Below, one piece after another: positions 14,501 through 27,500 of a stretch of DNA of 64,000 bases. Numbering within the stretch: position 1 is the stretch's first letter; every line of letters begins with the position of its first letter. This DNA comes from the human T2T-CHM13v2.0 reference genome, Homo sapiens. The DNA is taken from the NCBI RefSeq assembly GCF_009914755.1, contig NC_060947.1, one strand, 5' to 3'. The translations under genes were made by a program, and so were the position numbers. The notes under the pieces were generated by a model, which was not told where the DNA came from, made no database searches, and was given only the letters and a program-made list of their open reading frames with translations.

Positions 14501-15776
14501 CCTTTCCAACCACCCCAGAAAAACTCCACATAGTTCTGCTGGTTGATGCCTGCTGGCCTGCCAGTGTCTGTCAGTGTGCTCTTACACCGACATGCTCCTC
14601 CTAACATTCTCTCAACATCCACCTGCTAGTGTTTTCTCCCAGCGATGTGTTCTTCTCAACATCTAGTGTGCATGTCCACTAGGGTCTCAGAGTTTTTATA
14701 GGCATAGGATGGGGGTGTGGTGGGCCAGGGTGTTCTTGGGAAATGCAACATTTGGGCATAAAAAACAGAAATGCTTGTCCTCACCTAGGTCTGTGAGCAC
14801 AGGCCTGGGGGGTGAAGCCCTAGCCAGGGACCAGACACTTCCCTTTCCAGGACTTCCCTGCCCCACTCCCATATCACTGTGTTGGGGGAATCCCCCTCAT
14901 TGGGATCAACTGATCTTTTCAGAGCCAGCAGGAAGGAAAAATTAAGTCTGCTGAACCTGGGACTGTGGCCAACCCTCCCCCAAGGTGCTCTATCCTAGGG
15001 AGATGAGAGTTCTGTTTATAAGTCCTTGACTGGAGCTGGTGGACTTCCTGCAGGGATGCCCTGCCTGGTGAGGAGAGATCTAAAGGAGGAGTTTGGCCAC
15101 AGCTGCTTTGCTGTAATGTGGGGAATTCCACCCAGTCCAAACCTCCAAGTCTCCTTAGCACTGTCAGAGGAAAAGCACCTACTAAAGCCACAGTAATGGC
15201 AGTCACCCCTCCCTCCTCAGAACTTGGTCATCCCAGGCAAACTCCAGACTACTGTGCTGGCAATGGGGATTTCAAGCCACTGGTTCTTAGCTTGCTGGGC
15301 TCCGTGTGAGTGGGACTCGCTGAGTGAGACTGCTTGGCTCCCCGGCTTCAGCCCCCCTTCCACTGGAGTAAATGGTTATCCTGTCTCCCTAGAGTTCCAG
15401 GTGCCACTGGAGTATGTAAAAATTCCTGCAGCTCAGTGTCTTCCTGAACAGCCACCCAGTTTCATGCTTGAGACTCAGGGCCTGGTGGTATAGGCCTGAT
15501 CTGAAGACTGCAAAACTCCATGGGAAAAGTGTAGTACCCCTGGTGGGTAGCACAGTCTCTCATGTCTTCCCTTGGCTAGGGGAGGAAGGTCCCCCACTCC
15601 GTGCACTTCCCAGGTGAAGTGTCACCCCACCCTGCTTCTGCTCACTCTCCGTGGATCACATCCACTGCCTAGCCGGTGTCAATGAGATGAACTGGGTACC
15701 TCAGTTGGAAACGCAGAAATTACCCACTTTCTGCATTGGTCTCACTGGGAGCTGCAGACCAGAGCTGTTACTATTC
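8528..15776 (-). mobile_element. Near full-length LINE-1 (about L1PA8-10), disabled, with an LTR inserted in its 5'UTR
   Basis: T-rich tail, 3'UTR, ORF2 fragments (9360-12544), ORF1 fragments (12650-13763) and 5'UTR. TSD CAATTGTTTTA at 8517-8527 and 15777-15787. Confidence 0.95.
14046..14876 (-). mobile_element. ERV1 solo LTR (LTR1/LTR27/LTR28 group)
   Basis: 831 bp with TG...CA ends and a near-TSD ttgt/ctgt; minus-strand AATAAA at ~14401; L1 5'UTR resumes on both sides. Confidence 0.8.
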
Positions 15777-16410
15777 CAATTGTTTTAACTTTTCACCCCC
15801 ACCAGTAAGCAAGAATATGCAAAGTTTGTCTTTCTGTGCCTGGCTTATTTCACTTAACATAATAGCATTCAATCCCATCCATGTTGCTGCTAATGACAGA
15901 ATCTCATTCTTTTTTATGACTGATTAGTACTCCATTATTTATATGTACCAAATTTTCTTTATGCATTCATCTTTTGATGGACATTTAGGTTGCCTCCAAA
16001 TCTTGTCTATTGTAAACAGTGCTGCAATAAACATAAGAGTTTAGATATCTCTTCCATTTACTGATTTCCTTTCTTTTGGGTATATATCTAGAAGTGGAAT
16101 TGCTGGGTTGTGTGTTAGCTCTCTTTTTAGTTTTTTGAGAAACCTCCAAAATGTTCTCTATAGTGGTTGTACTAATCTACATTATCATCAACAGTGTATG
16201 AGAGTTCCCTTTTCTTCACATTCTCACCAGCATTTGTTATTGCCTGACTTTTGGAGAAAAGTAATTTTAACGGGGATAAGATGGCATCTAATTGTAGTTT
16301 TGATATGCATTTCTCTGATGATTAATGATGTTCAGCACCTTTTCATATACTTGTTTGCCATTTGTATGTCTTCCTTTGCAAAGTTTCTATTCAGATATTT
16401 TGCCCATTTT
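15777..16410 (-). mobile_element. L1MA, right part (3'UTR and ORF2 end)
   Basis: Continuation of 8190-8527: ctttctgtgcctggcttatttcacttaacataat... Confidence 0.8.
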
Positions 16411-16969
16411 TGTAATTATTTCTCTAGTTGCAAACACCTAGCTTTAAAAACGTGTCTTGCATATCCACAGCTGTTTCTATACTGCTTTCCCCTCCAATCC
16501 CCAATGGGATAACTACATGTTACTTTACCATTCCATACTCACTTTGAATAGCAACCAAACCATTTTGGGATGATGATACTTTGAAACAACAAAGCAACAT
16601 TGCTGACAGTCTTTCTACATTGATTTCCTTTTAGAAGAATATTGTTTGCTTGTTTAACGAATGTATGAACATGTTAAACTTTCTTTGTCTTTTATGGCTG
16701 ACAGCTCAGGATAATTCCTCAGACAATTTTTTAAATGAACACCCTCTTGAAACATTTGGTCTCTTCTTTTTATCAACCACTGCTCAGTGATCTTTGGGAA
16801 CACTCTCAATCCTTTTCTTGATTTTGATCCCTACCTTTTTTTCTATCTGTGAGCCCCTAATAACCCCAATGAAGGCCAGAAAGCAAGGGAAGGGTAGTAC
16901 TAGTGATGCAAAATCCTGAGATTTTTAAGTGAAATAAGCAATTTAAAAAACACTATATCATAAAACTTG

Positions 16970-17130
16970 ACAGGCAGGTGGCATGCACCTGTAGTTCCAG
17001 TCACTCAGCTGTTGTAGGCATGTGGACTACTTGAACCCAGGAGTTTGAGGCTGCCATGAGCTATAATCACACCACTTCACTCCATCCTAGATGACAGAGT
17101 AAGACCTTTTTCCTAAAAAATAAAAAATAA
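16970..17130 (+). mobile_element. Old Alu monomer (FRAM/AluJ right arm)
   Basis: ggtggcatgcacctgtagttccag...acttgaacccaggagtttgaggctgc...gacagagtaagacc followed by an A-rich tail. Confidence 0.8.
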
Positions 17131-17529
17131 AGCTCTGAAGCCTTTGAAAGTGTCTATGGAGCCCATTCAGAATCTTTATGAAATTCTATCAAATTCTGCA
17201 AATTCCTGTGTTTAAATTTGCTATTACCTCAAGTACTAGTATTCAAAACAGGGAATTTTTCTTATTCAATTTTATTGCTTTTCCATTTTAACAACTAAAA
17301 TTACAATAATATTTTATACTATTTATTGCAAATATATGTTATTTCAGTTGCATAACAAGATGAAATATACATTTGTGGTCTAATAGACATAATCACCACT
17401 TATAGTATTGCCTCTGTGAAAAACTACATTTTGAGTTCCAACACCAAAACTTACAAGTGAACTTTTGGAATGTGATAACTTTGAAAATTGGTGACTAACT
17501 ATATATTTAGGTGTAACCTCTCATCTGCA

Positions 17530-17640
17530 CTACAGTATCATATTTCCAACCGCCTTCAGGACATCTCTATTTCTATATGAAGCTGTCACTAAGTTCAACA
17601 TGTCTAAAATCAAATTCATTACATTCTCTAACTGTTCCTT
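17530..17640 (+). mobile_element. L2 fragment
   Basis: atttccaaccgcc...ggacatctct...ttcaacatgtctaaaatcaaattcat resembles the L2 3' region. Confidence 0.5.
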
Positions 17641-17959
17641 TACTCCCCCTTCCCTTATATATCAAGCTTCAAGCCTCAATTGCTCAGTAAAGTATTTTTG
17701 TTTGTTGTTTTTGTCTTGTTTTTAAACTGTTTTGACTTACTCATGCCAATACTGAGATTTCCTTTCTCTGAACTCATATGACATCTTGATCCTCCAGTCA
17801 TGCCAGCCTTGGGGGACAATCAAGGCTTGGCAAAAGATGCATTGGCATTTTCTTGGAGCCTCCATTAGAGAAGTAAGCAAGGAAACATGCAGTCACTTAA
17901 TTATGTTCAGTACCAGGTCAGATACATAGAAAAGTAATATTAATATTTGCCTTCAAACG

Positions 17960-18635
17960 GTACGGTCTGGGGTAGGGAAAAGAGACAAGAGAAAAACAAG
18001 TAATTAACAAACAATGCAGTAACTGTTGTAAAAAAGTAAGTGAAAAGTGCTCTGTGTTACAGGACAGGAGGTGATACATTTTGCTTACTAAGATGGAGGT
18101 GAGAAAAATCTTCACAGAGAAGATGACAACTGACATACACTGTGAAGGATTAATAAGCACTTGTTGGTTGGAGAAAAAAGAAAAATCATATCACATGATA
18201 GAAAATAGCATCTATAAAAGTGAAGAGAAATTAAAGAGGATGGCACATTTGGAGAATGGCAATAATTATGGTGTGACTGACTTGGGGTGGAAAGTAGAGC
18301 AGGAAAGAAACAGAGTTGAAGTGAGGAGTAGGCTGGGCTCCCTCAATGTGAGTATTCTAGGAAGTACTGAATAAACTTTATTCTAAGGTATAGTGGAACC
18401 ACAAGGAAGGTTTCTGAATTGAGGAGTGATATTATCATGTGTGGGCTTGAAACATTATCTCATTGGTAAACTGGAGAGATTAAAGCAGACTAACGCTAAT
18501 TCATCCAGTAAATATTCATTGCACCAGCAGTATGAGTCAGGCATTATGCTAGAACTGGAAATATAATACTAAACAAAATCAGGCATGCTCCGTGCCATTC
18601 TGGAGTTTACCAGTCTAATGGGAAAGACAGGCAGG
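17960..18635 (-). mobile_element. L2 fragments
   Basis: L2 3'-end-like ttcatccagtaaatattcattgcacc...tgagtcaggcattatgctag, plus purine-rich L2-like body. Confidence 0.55.
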
Positions 18636-20345
18636 GGAACTGAATGGATACATCACAAAAAAATACATACAAGTGGCTAATAGATACATTTAAAAATGTT
18701 CTACATCACTAATCATTAGAAAGAAGTAAATTAAAACCACAATGAGATATCACCTCAAACCTGTTAAAAATGGCTATAATTAAAAAAACAAAAGATAACA
18801 AGTGCAGGTGAAGATGTTGAGAAAAAGGTATATTTGTACACTGTTGAGGGGAATATAAATTAGAACAAATGAGACAAGATAGTTCCCTTGACCCCTCCAT
18901 GGGACTCTTGAAGGGATGGTTGCTTACTCAGTCCACAGTGCTCAATCTCCTTGTGGGCAGGACAGCATACAGGTGAGGGGGTGGGGTGCAGGAGCTTGGG
19001 TGGGTTCCTTTGAGCACCGGTAGGAACAAACACTGAACTGGTCCCCAGCAGCATCTAGGGATTGCCTGTGAGCCCTGGAACTCCGGAGGATGTGTTTTAC
19101 AGTGAGCACCTTTAGCTTTGATATCCATGGATGGCTTAAATGTTAAACAGCTCAGTGAAGAGTCAGTGTGACAGCCTCTTGCACCTGAACCTGGGTTCTT
19201 GTCTGGCATCCAGAAGGACTGAGGTTGCATGAACAAATTGGAGGGTGGTGAATGTGGAGAATTTTACTGATTGGTGGAAGTGGCTCTCAGTGAGAAGGGG
19301 AGCTGGAAGGGGGATGGAGCAGGAAGGTAATTTTTCCCTGGACTTTGACTGTCCCTGCCAAACTCTTCTCCAAAATTCCATTGTCAAGTCCCTCTGAAGT
19401 CAAGCTGCTTCTCTTTGATGTCCAGCTGCTGCTTCTCCTCTCTCCTTCTCTGCTGCTTCACTCTGCTCCTCTGCCAGTGGAGCTTGGGTTTTTTATGGGT
19501 ACAGGATAGCGAGTGTGGTGGCCCAGGGTGGTTTTTGAAAAGGCAAGATTTGTGTGGGAAAACGGAAATGTGAACTTCTCATTTAGGGCTATCGGTCCAG
19601 GCTTTAGGGTGGAACCCTTGCCAGGGACCCTGCCCTTTTCTACCTAGTATTTCCTGCCCTCCTGTTCATATCACAACCATAAAAAAATGGTATGGAAGTT
19701 CCTCAATAAATTGAAAATAGAATTACGATATGACTCAGCAACTCCACTTCTGTGTATATATCCTAAAAACTTGAAATCAGTATGTCAAAGAACTATTAAT
19801 ACTCTCATGTCCATTGCAGCACTATCTTTAATAGCCAAGTTATGGAATAAACATATGCATCCATCAAGGTACAAGTGGATAGAGAAAATGTAACATATTT
19901 ACAAAATGTGTTCCTATTTGGCCTTAAGAAAAAAGAAACTCAGTCATTTGCCACAAAATGAATGGAATTGTAGAACATTATACCAAGTGAAATAAGCCAA
20001 ACACAGAAAGACAAATACGGCTTTTTCTTACATATATGTGAAATCTAAAACAATCTCACTTACCCAAGCAAAGAGTAGAATGGTGGTTACCAGATGCTGG
20101 GAAATAGGAAGATGATGGTCAGAGGGTACAAAAGCCTCAGTTAGATGGAAGGAATAAGTTTTGAATATAGCTAAAAGTACATTGCTAATGTTATCACAAA
20201 AATGTTAAATATTTGAGGTGACAGATATGTTAATTAGATTAATTGTATATTTCCCCATTGTATTAAAAAATTATAACACCATTTTGCACCCCATAAATAT
20301 ATAAAACTATAATTTGTCAATATTGAGTAAGTTTTTAAAAAAATG
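18636..20345 (+). mobile_element. L1MA 3' portion, interrupted by an LTR
   Basis: ORF2 end (aaaaccacaatgagatatcacctc...) and 3'UTR; resumes at 19674. Confidence 0.85.
18870..19673 (-). mobile_element. ERV1 solo LTR (LTR1-like)
   Basis: 804 bp with TG...CA ends and a near-TSD caaa/caac; related to the LTR at 14046. Confidence 0.8.
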
Positions 20346-21224
20346 CTCTTTAAAGCACTCATAGAAAACATCTTCTGGGGAACTTGGAATTAAGTCAGAG
20401 TTTTGCTCCCTTTAGGGAATGAACAATGTGAAGGTACCCCTGAGGTAATGAATGACCAATCCAAATGTGATGCAAAAAATGACAAATGCAGGACTGTTGT
20501 TTTATGTATTTGCTTGGTTTTGCGTGTGTGTGTGCTAATTAAACCATAAACTTGGGAGTAGTTGGCTTTGGTAATTCATCCAAAGCCATAGATTGATAAA
20601 TTTGAAATAGAGAACTCACGGAAGGATGTTACAAAAGTAAGAGACAGCAACAAGTGGACCACAATGCCTGTGTAATCACTTCACCGATTTGTGTAAATTA
20701 CGTCCAGGCGGAAATGTAGTAACTGCACTCTGTAACATGAAACATTAGTGTTTTGATATATGGATAATAGCAAGAAATCTCTGTGTTTACAGTTAATAAG
20801 TGGATCAACAACACTTCATTGTTACACACTATATACCCAACACTGTGTTAAGGACTGAGAGGAATATAATGAAATATTATAGTTTGCTCGCATCCTATTT
20901 AGAGAGTTTAGAGAGAAAATAAATACACCTGAAATATTTAGAGAGCAATTAAGTGCTAAAGTAGGTGATAATGACTATAAATTTCATAAGATCTTAAAGA
21001 AGCAGGAGCTGCGGTATTATGAAATAGCTTCCTAGACATGGTGAGATTTGAGCTACATCTTAAAACATGGCTAAGGCTAAAAGCAGAGAACAAGAGAGAA
21101 AAAGATGAATCAAGAACTCAGGAGGTAAAATTAACACAGTAAGGGGAAATAAAAGGGAGGTCAGAAAATGAATGATGTCACTAGATAAATGAGAGCCAAA
21201 TTGTAGAGGGCGAATCCACAGAAG

Positions 21225-21370
21225 TTATCATGGTATAGTAGGAAGACAACTAATATAGAAGTTCTGGATTTGGGTCCCAGTTACACATCCCCTAACTTTG
21301 TGACCTTGAACCAGTAAACTCACTTCTGTGGGCCTCAAATTACTTATAGCTAAAATGAGGAGATTGGACC
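21225..21370 (+). mobile_element. MIR
   Basis: Core-like ctggatttgggtcccagtt...ctttgtgaccttgaaccagt...cttctgtgggcctca...taaaatgagga. Confidence 0.7.
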
Positions 21371-21629
21371 AATGCAGCTTTAATTGGTCTCAAATCCACA
21401 TGAATATTTATAGCACTTTGTGAAAAAGTATAGCTACTGGAAGAGGACCCAGGCATAAAAAGATGGTGGTACATGGTGCCCTTAGGGAAGATGAGGGGTC
21501 GGATTCCTCTTTCCTTAAATCCTTACAAGTCTTCCTTAATGTTCATCAATCTAAAAGCCCTTGCTTATCAGGCAATAAAAGATAGTAATATATATAACTG
21601 ACAAATATTCTTCCATGTGGACCTCTGGG

Positions 21630-22500
21630 TATGGTTGTTTTAAAAAAATGTGATAAAATATTTTACCCATAGAGGCAGTGTAAAGAATAATGTATCAAAC
21701 ACCTGTGTATTCACCATCCAGTTTTTAAAAATAAGGGATTACAAATATAATTGAAATCTCATTTATCTCCCTGATTGCATTATTCCTACATCTCAGAGGT
21801 AATGATTATATATTTTTTCTTTTATTATTATACTTTAAGTTTTAGGGTACATGTGCACATTGTGCAGGTTAGTTACATATGTATACATGTGCCACGCTGG
21901 TGCGCTGCACCCACTAACTCGTCATCTAGCATTAGTTATATCTCCCAGTGCTATCCCTTCCCCCTCCCCCTGCCCCACAACAGTCCCCAGAGTGTGATGT
22001 TCCCCTTCCTGTGTCCATATTTTACATTTGATGTTTATTATTTCCATGCCTGTTTTTAAATTTTTATTACATGTATAAATATCTACAAAATGGCAGTATT
22101 TTTCATGGAGTTAAACTTGCTTATAAATGTCTCCATATACACATATAATTCTGCAATTTATTTACTCCACTTTTAGTTTTTATTTATGTCAATATATGTA
22201 GTTATTTATTCATTTCCATTGAAATATAGTATCTGTATTACTTACTATACCATAGTTTATCCATTTTTCTGCTGATGACCATTTAGACAGTTTTTAATTT
22301 TTCACTATTACAAACAATGCTACAATGAACAAACTTGCCCATGTCATGTATACACATGTTTAAGAGTTTATCTGGGGTATATATCCCAAAGTGTAATTTC
22401 TGGGTTGTAGAATGTGTGCATATACAACTTTTCTAGATATTTCCAAATCGCCTCTTAAGTCTTCATTCCCACCAATAGTGTATAAGATATTCCATTTATC
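21630..22500 (-). mobile_element. Old L1M (L1ME-like) 3' fragment
   Basis: Degenerate L1 3'UTR motifs (ctgctgatgaccatttagacagttt...acaaacaatgctacaatgaac). Confidence 0.6.
21812..22018 (-). mobile_element. Young 5'-truncated L1 (L1PA2/3-like), about 200 bp
   Basis: cacattgtgcaggttagttacatatgtatacatg...cccactaactcgtcatctagcattag are features of the youngest L1PA 3'UTRs. Confidence 0.85.
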
Positions 22501-23220
22501 TGTCCCTGACAGATTATTGTACAGTCACACAGTTCTTAAAACTTCCATGTCTCAGAGGGCTTTCAGGCTGGTGAAAAAGAATACATCTACATGCCAGAGG
22601 GATGGATCTGGGGAAAAAAAGCCTCTGTATTTAGAATTCTTCCAGATATCTCCATATAGCTGTTCATTTCACCTGAGGTAAGTCTCAAGGCTGTGAAGCA
22701 GCCTTGTGCTTCCCCAGAATGTGATCCAGCCTAGCACACCACCCCCAGGGGAGCAGCACCCAAGCAGATCCACTGGTTAACCAGCCCTGCTCTTTCTTGG
22801 AGCAGGCACCAGGCAGGCACACAACCCCCAGGAAAACATATCCCAAGTAGGCACATCAACTACACAAAATCCTATCACCTGAGCCATCAAAGCACATGAA
22901 GACATTGCTGATGTTGACTATAGCTGAATAAACTGCAGGGAGGCTACCCTCCTGCACCCACCCAGACCAAAATGAATGTACCCTATCCAACCAACACCCT
23001 AGACACACCTGCAGGAGAAAGTCTTTTTATATGAATACCTTACAAAATCATAGGAGGTGACCATTCCACCAGATGGACAGATATTAATGAAAAGAATACA
23101 AAGTACATGAAAGAGCAGAAAAATATAATACTACCAATAAACACAATAATTCTTTAGTAACTGACCTCAAAGAAATAGAAATTAATAATAGCCCGAAAAG
23201 AATTCAGAATAATAATCTTA

Positions 23221-23580
<360 letters not shown>

Positions 23581-24420
23581 TTAGTATCTGAATAAGAAAT
23601 TCAACAGAGATAGATATTATCAAAAGAACTGAACAGAAATCTTGGAGCTGAATGATTTAATGAATGAGAGATTTAACAACATACTAGATCCACCAGAAAA
23701 AATAATTTCTAAACTGGAACACTAGGTCTTCTTAAAATAACCCTGTCGGAAAAGAAAAGAATTAAAAATAATGGAGAAGGCCTCTAAGACTTATGAAACA
23801 TTATTCAGCAACCAAATTTTCACCTTATGGAAGTTTCCAAAGGAGAAGGGATATGAAAATGGATATAATAAAATAATTGTAGAAGAGTCCCAAATTTTGG
23901 GAAGATATGAAATTCAGATCCTGAAAGTCCCCAAACTGTGTAAACTCAAAAAGGTCCTTTCCAAGGTACATTATAGTCAAACTGTCAAAAGTAAATTACA
24001 AAAATAATTCTAAAAACCTTAAGATAAAAGCATCAAGTCATATATAAGGAAATCTCCATCAGACTAACAGCATTTTTTTACCTTACATGCCAGTAGAGAA
24101 TGAGATTGTATATTTAAAGCTCTAAAAGAAAAAGAAGTCAACGAAGAATACTATACCCAGCAAAGCTACTGTTAAGAAATGAAGGAGAAATAGAGTGTTT
24201 CCCACACAAGCAAAAACTGAGGGAATTCATCACCACTAGCTTGCCTTTATAAAGAATGCTAAAGGGAGTCCTACATCTGAAAGCAAAAGGATGATAACTA
24301 CCATCATAAAAACATCAAAAATTATAAAATTTATTTGTAGAGCAGATGCACAAATGAGAAAGGAATCAAACCCAGTCACTACAGAAAACCACCAAGCCTC
24401 AAAGGTAAACAATAAAAATA

Positions 24421-24577
24421 AGAGGGTGGGAGAAAAGTAGAAAAGATAGCTATTGGGTACTGAGCTTAATACCTGTGTGATGAAATAAACTGTACAACAA
24501 ACCCCTATAACATGAATTTGCATATGTAGAAACCCTTCACATTTACCCCCAAGCCTAAAATAAAAGTTAAAAAAAAT
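24421..24577 (+). mobile_element. Short L1PA (about PA13-16) 3' fragment nested in the L1MA
   Basis: ctattgggtactgagcttaatacctgtgtgatgaaataaactgtacaacaaacccc...ctaaaataaaagttaaaaaaa; flanked by AATAAAAATA on both sides. Confidence 0.75.
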
Positions 24578-27500
24578 AAAAAATAGAAAAAGAAAGAAAC
24601 AAAGTATATACAAAAAACCAGAAACAACAAAATGACAAGGGTAAGTTCTCACCTATCAATAGTAACTATGAATGTAATCGGATTAAATTTCTCATTTAAA
24701 AGATATAGACTGGCTGAATGGATTTAAAATATGTCCCAAATATATAATGCCTACAAGAACCTCACTTCACCTGTAAAGACACAAACAGACTAAAAAGTGA
24801 AAGGATAGAAAAAAAATATTTTATGCAAATGAAAACCAAGGGCATGAAGCAATAGCTACACTTAGATAAAATAGATGGTAAGTCAAAACCTGTAGACAGA
24901 GACAAAGAAGGTCACTATATAATAAAGGGATCAATTCAGAAAGAGGAAGTAACAATATATGTAGACCCAATACTGTAGCAAGTAGATATATAAACAAGCA
25001 TTATTAGAAATAAAGTGAGATAGACTCCAATACAACAATAATTGGGAACTTCAACACCCCACTTTCAGCATTAGATCTCATATAGATAGAAAATCAAAAA
25101 AGAAACATCATATTTAAACTGCATTATACATCAAATTGATGTAACCACCATTTACAGAACAATTCATTCAATAGTTGCAGTGTATACATTTTTCTCATCA
25201 GCACATGAAACATTCTGCAGAATAGACCACATTGTAGGTCCCCAAACAAGCTTCCACAAATTTTGAAAAAACAAAATTATGTCAAGTGTCTTGTCTGACC
25301 ACAATAGAATAAAACCAGAAATCAATAACAGGGAGAACTTTGGAAACTGTACAAACAGGTAGAAACTAAACAACATACTCCCAAATAGCGACTGGGTCAA
25401 GGAAGAAATGGAGAAAGAGATTTTAAGTTTCTTGAATTAATTGAAACTAGAAACACAGCATATAAAAAACTATGGGATACAGTAAAAAGAGTATTAAGAG
25501 AGAAATGTATAGCAATAAATGCCTACATCATAAAAGTTGAAAGATTCAAACAATCTAACAATGTACCTCAAGGAAGTAGAAGAGCAAGAAAAAACTAAAC
25601 CCAAAAACTAATAAAAGGAAAGAAATAAAAATAAAGCAGACATAAATTAAATAGAAACTAAAATATACAAAAGATTAATAAAACAAAATGTTGGTCTTTT
25701 GAAAAACTTAAAAAAAATTAGGTAGACTAACTAAAATAAAAAGAGGGAAGACCCAAATAAATAAAATGAGAAATGAAAAGGGAGACATTACAAATTATAC
25801 CACATAAATAAAAATGATCAGTGGAGGTTATAATGAACAGCTATGTGCCAACAAATTGAAAACCTAGAGAAAATTATCAAATTCCTGGACAAACAAAACC
25901 TACGAAGAGTGAACAAGGAAGAAATAGAACATCTGAAAACACCAATAGTAAATAATTCAATTGAATTAGTAATAAAATGTTTCCCAAAAAGAATAGCACA
26001 GGACCAGATAGCTTCACTGCTGAATTCTACCAAACATTTAAAGAAGAGCTAAAACCAATTCTTTTCAAACAATTTCAAAAAAATGGAAGGGAATAATTAT
26101 TCCAATCTCACTTAAGAGGCCAGCATTACTCTGATACCAAAATCAGACAAGGACAAAATAACAGAAGAAAACTACAACAAATATCCTTGATGATACATGC
26201 AAAAATAATAAAAAATACTAGCAAACCAAATTCATAGCACATCAAAAAGATTATACTCTATGATAAAGTGGAATTCAACCCAGAGATGCAAGAATTGTTT
26301 AACATATGCAAATCAATAAAAATGACACATCACATCAACAGACGAAAAAAGGCATATGATCATCTCAATAGACACAGAAAAGCATTTGATAAAATTTAAC
26401 ATCTACACATGATAAAGAAAAAAGCTCTCAACAAATTACATATCGAATGATTATGCCTAAACACAATAAAAGCCGTATATATAACCAACCCACAATCAAC
26501 ATCATACTGAGTGGGGAAAAGTTGAAACTTTCTCTGAAAAAACTGAAATTAAACAAGGATGCTCACTTTCACTGCTCTAATTCAACATAATATTGGAAGA
26601 TATAGCCACAGCAATTAGGCAAGAGCAAACAATAAAACACATCTAAATTGGAAAGGAATAAATTAAATTGTTCTTGTTTGCAGATGACATTATGTTATAT
26701 ATAGAAAAATCTGAAGCTTCTACCAATAAACTCTAGAACTGATGAACAAATTTAGTAAAGTTGCAGGATATAAAATCAACATGCAAAATTCAGTAGCATT
26801 TCTACACACCAATAATAAACTAGCTGAAAAAGAAATCAAGAAAGCAATTCCATTTATAATAGCAACAAAAAATAACTAGGAATAAATGGAATAAATTTAA
26901 ACAAGAGTGTGAAAATCTCTATAATGAAAACTATAAGACACAGATGAAAAAAATTGAAGAATATACAGACAAAAAACCCTGAAAAAACATGTTATGTTTC
27001 TGGATTGGAGAAACAAATATTGTTAAACTGACCGTACTATCCAAAGTAATCTACAGATTCAATGAAATTATTTTCAAAATATCAATGATATTCTTCAGAG
27101 AAATACAATAAAGAATCCTAAAATGTGTATGAAACTGCTATAACCCTGAATAGCCAAAGCAATTCTGAGCAAAAAGAACAAATCTGGAGGTATCACACTA
27201 TCTGACTTCAAAATATAGTATAAATCTACAGCAATAAAGACAACATGGTACGGGCATAAAAAAGACACACAGCCTAATGGAACAGAATAGGGAACCCCTA
27301 AATAAATCCACATATTTACAGCCAACTGATTTCTGACAAAGTTGCCAAGAATATACACTAAGAAAAGAACACGCTCTTCAATAAATAGTGCTGGGAAAAC
27401 TGGATAACCATGTGCAGAAGAATAAAACTAGATTGCTATCTCTCACCATATACAAAAAAAAACTCAAAATGAATTAAAAATTTAAATGTAAGATCCCAAA

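Noticed and set aside
14046-19673. Two related, same-orientation ERV1 LTRs as the ends of one provirus
   Set aside because: Each has its own near-TSD and a different host L1, the sequences differ substantially, and the DNA between them is L1, Alu, L2 and unique sequence rather than gag/pol.
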